From NCBI GenBank assembly GCA_016777645.1, contig JADHRC010000001.1, forward strand, positions 1 through 53,944: a stretch of DNA of 53,944 nt, written 5' to 3'. Below, in pieces: positions 50,131-53,944 of this stretch (the stretch's first letter is position 1; each line of letters begins with the position of its first letter). Origin of the DNA: Alphaproteobacteria bacterium. Its GTDB lineage: Bacteria > Pseudomonadota > Alphaproteobacteria > Puniceispirillales > Marisalimonadaceae. Under the pieces are notes generated by a model. The model was not told the DNA's origin, did not search any database, and worked only from the letters and a program-made list of their open reading frames with translations. The position numbers were made by a program, and so were the translations under genes.

Positions 50131-51741
50131 ATGACCACTTCTAATGCCAAAGATATTTTTAGCGAAAATACCAAAATTAAAAGGGCTCTAATTTCTGTTA
50201 CTGACAAAAATGGTATTGACGAATTAGCCAAAAAGCTAATTAGTTTTGATATAGAAATTTTATCTACAGGTGGAACCGCAAAATTTTTAAAAGAAAAATC
50301 TATTCCAGTTAGTGATGTTTCTCAAAAAACAAATTTCCCAGAAATATTAGATGGAAGAGTAAAAACACTACATCCAAAAATACATGGAGGTATACTTAGT
50401 AGAAGAAATAATCCAACTCATATGTCTGAAACAAAAACACACAAAATTGAAGAAATTGATCTGGTAATTATAAATCTATATAAATTTAAGGAAACTTTAA
50501 AAAAAACCACTGATCAAGTTGAAATTATTGAAAACATTGATATTGGTGGACCTGCCATGATAAGAGCTGCAGCTAAAAACCATGAATTTATAACAGTAAT
50601 AACTGATCCTAAAGATTATAATGAGCTAATTAAACAAATAAGTATCAATGGCACAACCACTTATGAATTTAGAAGGTTGCTTGCAGGTAAAGCTTTTAAA
50701 TTGACCAACGAATATGATTTGGCAATTTCCAATTGGTTTGAAAACAAAAAGAGTTTTGATGAAGAATTACCTGAAACAATAACTATAAAATTACAAAAAT
50801 CTCTCGAAATGAGATATGGAGAAAACCCTCATCAAAAGGCATCTTTTTATAAATCTTCAGATAATAGAATCGGAGTGGCTAATTCTAAAAAACTTCACGG
50901 CAAAGAATTATCTTATAACAATATTAATGATGCAGATGCAGCGTTTGAGCTTATATGTGAGTTTCAAAAACCTGCAGTGGCTATTATAAAACATGCTAAT
51001 CCCTGTGGTGTTGCAGAAAATGAGGACTTGGATAAAGCATGGAAAAGTGCACTTCAAACTGACCCGGTCAGCGCATTCGGCGGTATTGTAGCTATAAATA
51101 GAAATTTAACAGCCAAACTAGCTAATGAAATGAAATCTTTGTTTTTGGAAGTTATAATTGCTCCAAGTATTGATCAAGAGGCTTTAAATATATTTAAAGA
51201 AAAACCAAACGTAAGAATTTTGTCATCAGAGAAAATTCCATCTCCTAAAGAAAAAGGTTTAACAATTAAATCAATTGCTGGAGGTATGCTCGTTCAAACA
51301 AGAGATAATTTTGTTTTAGATACGAACAATCTAAAAGTTGTTACCCATAAAAAACCCTCAGCAGATGAAATTGAAAATCTCCTTTTTGCATGGAAAGTTG
51401 CAAAACATACAAAATCTAATGCAATTATATATGCCAAAAACCTACAAACTGTTGGTATTGGAGCGGGCCAAATGAGTAGAATAGACTCAACCAAAATAGC
51501 TGTAGAAAAGGCTAAACAATCTGCAATAATGGCTAATTTAAAAGCTCCAATGACAAAAAATAGTGTGGTTGCCAGTGATGCTTTTTTCCCATTTGCAGAT
51601 GGATTGATAGCAGCAGCTGATGCAGGCGTGACCGCTGTAATACAACCTGGAGGATCAATTAGAGACAAGGAAGTTATTGAGGCAGCAAACGATAGGAATA
51701 TAGCAATGGTTTTTACCTCAATAAGACATTTTAAGCATTAG
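50131..51741 (+). CDS. purH: Bifunctional AICAR transformylase / IMP cyclohydrolase
   Basis: RALISVTDK, GRVKTLHP, IDIGGP, RYGENPHQ, KHANPCG, SDAFFPF, RHFKH. Confidence 0.97.
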   Translation: MTTSNAKDIFSENTKIKRALISVTDKNGIDELAKKLISFDIEILSTGGTAKFLKEKSIPVSDVSQKTNFPEILDGRVKTLHPKIHGGILSRRNNPTHMSETKTHKIEEIDLVIINLYKFKETLKKTTDQVEIIENIDIGGPAMIRAAAKNHEFITVITDPKDYNELIKQISINGTTTYEFRRLLAGKAFKLTNEYDLAISNWFENKKSFDEELPETITIKLQKSLEMRYGENPHQKASFYKSSDNRIGVANSKKLHGKELSYNNINDADAAFELICEFQKPAVAIIKHANPCGVAENEDLDKAWKSALQTDPVSAFGGIVAINRNLTAKLANEMKSLFLEVIIAPSIDQEALNIFKEKPNVRILSSEKIPSPKEKGLTIKSIAGGMLVQTRDNFVLDTNNLKVVTHKKPSADEIENLLFAWKVAKHTKSNAIIYAKNLQTVGIGAGQMSRIDSTKIAVEKAKQSAIMANLKAPMTKNSVVASDAFFPFADGLIAAADAGVTAVIQPGGSIRDKEVIEAANDRNIAMVFTSIRHFKH

Positions 51742-52853
51742 TTTAGAATAATATTTTCATCTTGAAGATGTTTTATTATTTTTTTTATCAAGCTAGGTAA
51801 GGCTATAGAATTTAAGTCCTTTGTTTTAACAAATTTATATCTATTTATGTCTGATTCATCTCCTAGGAGCAACGATTGATCTATTCTAGCTACTGCTATT
51901 GAGATGTTTAATTTGAAATGGGTAAAAATGTGAATTAATTTTTTTTCAATGATTTTCCATTCTAGATTAAATAATGACTCTTCTTTTGGTATAAATAACA
52001 AATTTTTAGTAAATTTTTTTTCTTCATACCAACCAACTGATGGAAGGACATTCATATTAGCTAAGAGCCCTTGATTTTTATTAATAGTTATAAGAATATC
52101 ACCATTTTCATTTAACAAACAATAAAACAGTCCAAATCTTTCGGGTTTTTTATTCTTAATTTGTTTCTTTGGGTATAGTTTTGCGTTTACTGTGCCACCC
52201 ACTCTACAGAAATCTATAATAGGACATAATGTGCATCGTGGTGATTTAGGTGTGCATATTAATGACCCCAAATCCATAAGAGCCTGTGCATAGTCTCCAT
52301 ACCTTTTTTTAGGTAAATATTTTTCAGAATAATTAAAAATTTCTTTCTTTGTGTCTTTAATAGGTTTCTCAATTTTAAATAACCTTGAAAAAATTCTTTC
52401 AACATTCCCATCAACAACATTTGACCGTTTATTAAAAGCAATTGCTATTATTGCAGAAGCTGTATATTCACCAATCCCTGGTAAAGTTAGTAATAATTTC
52501 TTACTACTAGGTATTTTACCTTCAAAATTTTTTGATATAAAATTAGCTGTTTCATGTAGATTCTTAGCTCGCCTATAATACCCCAGTCCAGCCCAATATA
52601 AAGAAATCTCATCAAAATCAGCATTAGCTAAATTTTGAATTGAAGGCCATTTCTTAATAAACCTTAAAAAATATGGAATAACCGTTTTAACCACAGTTTG
52701 CTGTAACATTATTTCAGACAAATATACAAAATATGGATTAGAAACTTCTCCTGGTTGAGCCCTCCATGGTAAATTTCTTCTATTATTATCGTACCAAAAT
52801 AATAGTTTTTGCGAAAATATTTGGGAAATATTAGTTTTTATTTTATTCATCAA
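51738..52853 (-). CDS. mutY: A/G-specific adenine glycosylase MutY
   Basis: R.LPWR, SEIMLQQT, WAGLGYY.RA.NL, HhH LPGIGEYT, VDGNV.R, Fe-S motif C-x6-C-x2-C-x5-C, H.FTHF. Confidence 0.95.
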   Translation of the reverse strand: MMNKIKTNISQIFSQKLLFWYDNNRRNLPWRAQPGEVSNPYFVYLSEIMLQQTVVKTVIPYFLRFIKKWPSIQNLANADFDEISLYWAGLGYYRRAKNLHETANFISKNFEGKIPSSKKLLLTLPGIGEYTASAIIAIAFNKRSNVVDGNVERIFSRLFKIEKPIKDTKKEIFNYSEKYLPKKRYGDYAQALMDLGSLICTPKSPRCTLCPIIDFCRVGGTVNAKLYPKKQIKNKKPERFGLFYCLLNENGDILITINKNQGLLANMNVLPSVGWYEEKKFTKNLLFIPKEESLFNLEWKIIEKKLIHIFTHFKLNISIAVARIDQSLLLGDESDINRYKFVKTKDLNSIALPSLIKKIIKHLQDENIILN

Positions 52854-52899
52854 TAAATGTATATATGATATAAGACATATAAAAAATTATTATTTCAAA

Positions 52900-53343
52900 A
52901 TGAAGCCTCTATTAAAATTTACAGAAAAAATCATTGAAAAAAAAATAAGTAGATTTGGTTCAATACAAACTCATATATTCCTAAATTGGCACTTTATTGC
53001 AGAACAATATGCTCAAGTAACCAAACCTGAGTCTATAAAATTCTATAAACAAAAGAAAAATGAAGGACTAATGGTATTAAAAGTTCAAAGTGCTTACGGG
53101 CCTGAGGTTCAAATGGCTATTCCTTTTTTACTTAATCAAATTAATTCACGTTTTGGCTATAAAGCAATATCAACAATAAAAATAAAACAAACCGATATTG
53201 GATTTTTGAATAAAGAGAGAACATCAGATAAAGATATGAATAAAGAAATTGATGAGGTGTTAATATCAGACCAGCTTGAAGATGAAGAACTTAAAATAGC
53301 AATGAGAAAATTAGAACTTTCAAGAAAAAATTTATTCCAATAA
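52900..53343 (+). CDS. DUF721 / DciA family protein
   Basis: W..I....A..T.P..I, G..VL.V, INSRFGY.AI..IKI.Q; in the mutY-DUF721-dsbA context. Confidence 0.78.
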   Translation: MKPLLKFTEKIIEKKISRFGSIQTHIFLNWHFIAEQYAQVTKPESIKFYKQKKNEGLMVLKVQSAYGPEVQMAIPFLLNQINSRFGYKAISTIKIKQTDIGFLNKERTSDKDMNKEIDEVLISDQLEDEELKIAMRKLELSRKNLFQ

Positions 53344-53418
53344 TTTTAAATCTATTATTTTTTGATTAAATTTTGATATATAGATATATATAAATTTTAA
53401 TATAAAAAAGGAAACCTT

Positions 53419-53944
53419 TTGAAACAAAAATTTTTTATAAATAGAAGGAGCTTTCTACTAGCCTTTACAGTTGTTTGTGCTATTCCCAAAATTATCTTCG
53501 CAAAAGAAAATAATAGTGATGACACATTAAGAAGACATTTTCTAGGATCAAACACAGCTCCTATTAAAATAAAGGAATATTTTTCCCTAACTTGTAGTCA
53601 TTGCGCAAATTTTCATAATAAAACACTCCCTGAATTTAAAGAAAAATATATTGATACAGGAAGAGTTCAGTTAGAATTTATAGACTATCCACTTGACAGG
53701 CTAGCCATCATAGCAGCAGCATTGGCAAGAACAATCCCTACAGAAAAAGGATATATTGAAGCAATAGGAATTTTATTAAAAAAACAAAAAGATTGGGCTT
53801 ATTCGAACAAACCTATTGACGAATTGCAGTCAATATCAAAGATGTTTGGGATTAGTTCTAAGAAATTTGAAGAAATTGCTCAAGATATTCCATTAATGCA
53901 AAAAATTGTAAATAAAATGGAACAGGAAACTAAAAGTTTTAATA
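53419..53944 (+). CDS. DsbA-family thioredoxin-fold protein with Tat-like signal; 3' end lies outside the window
   Basis: TTG start after AAGGA; NRRSFLL twin-arginine motif; LGS..API.IKEYFSLTCSHCANFH, YIDTGRV, YPLD; the frame runs off the window. Confidence 0.88.
   Translation, partial: MKQKFFINRRSFLLAFTVVCAIPKIIFAKENNSDDTLRRHFLGSNTAPIKIKEYFSLTCSHCANFHNKTLPEFKEKYIDTGRVQLEFIDYPLDRLAIIAAALARTIPTEKGYIEAIGILLKKQKDWAYSNKPIDELQSISKMFGISSKKFEEIAQDIPLMQKIVNKMEQETKSFN

Noticed and set aside
547-52578. About 35 short antisense or alternate-frame ORFs in the track (e.g. 970-1224, 16561-16941, 25270-25749, 27495-27914, 43207-43611, 51294-51668)
   Set aside because: They lie within or largely overlap well-supported genes, show no recognisable motifs, and read like codon-bias shadows of the real frame.
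1-53944. CtrA boxes (TTAA-N7-TTAA), tRNA/rRNA genes, CRISPR arrays or long tandem repeats
   Set aside because: TTAA pairs are expected by chance at this AT content. No cloverleaf, rRNA-like GC-rich tract or regularly spaced repeat was seen, and every spacer is under 300 bp.

Overview
A gene-dense, AT-rich (roughly 30% GC by eye) chromosomal segment from a streamlined alphaproteobacterium. Gene order and content suggest a low-GC marine lineage such as SAR116 or a Rhodospirillales relative (inference). Most of it is core housekeeping: class II RNR nrdJ (5' cut off), clpS-clpA, a D,D-carboxypeptidase, pdxH, fabI-aroC, xseB-ispA-dxs-tlyA, helicase-hslR-fdxA-carD, a complete ccmABCDEFGHI operon, ispZ, dusA, metY, pgi, rsmB, purH, mutY, a DciA-like gene and a DsbA-like gene (3' cut off). 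Two real small genes are missing from the ORF track: ccmD and a DUF1674/SDHAF4 homologue. I found no rRNA, tRNA, CRISPR array, transposase or prophage. Best leads: (1) an oxalate--CoA ligase-like plus PanE2-like gene pair suggesting oxalate-to-glyoxylate assimilation; (2) a four-enzyme catabolic islet of unknown substrate (Tyr/Lys-less SDR, ThDP enzyme, beta-hydroxyacid dehydrogenase, family III CoA-transferase); (3) a SulP gene that has no ATG/GTG/TTG start upstream of its first conserved motif and appears to begin at ATA, possibly echoed by tlyA; (4) umuDC under a perfect alphaproteobacterial LexA box; (5) a FemAB-like DUF482 transferase abutting clpSA. All family assignments come from motif recognition by eye; no database search was run.
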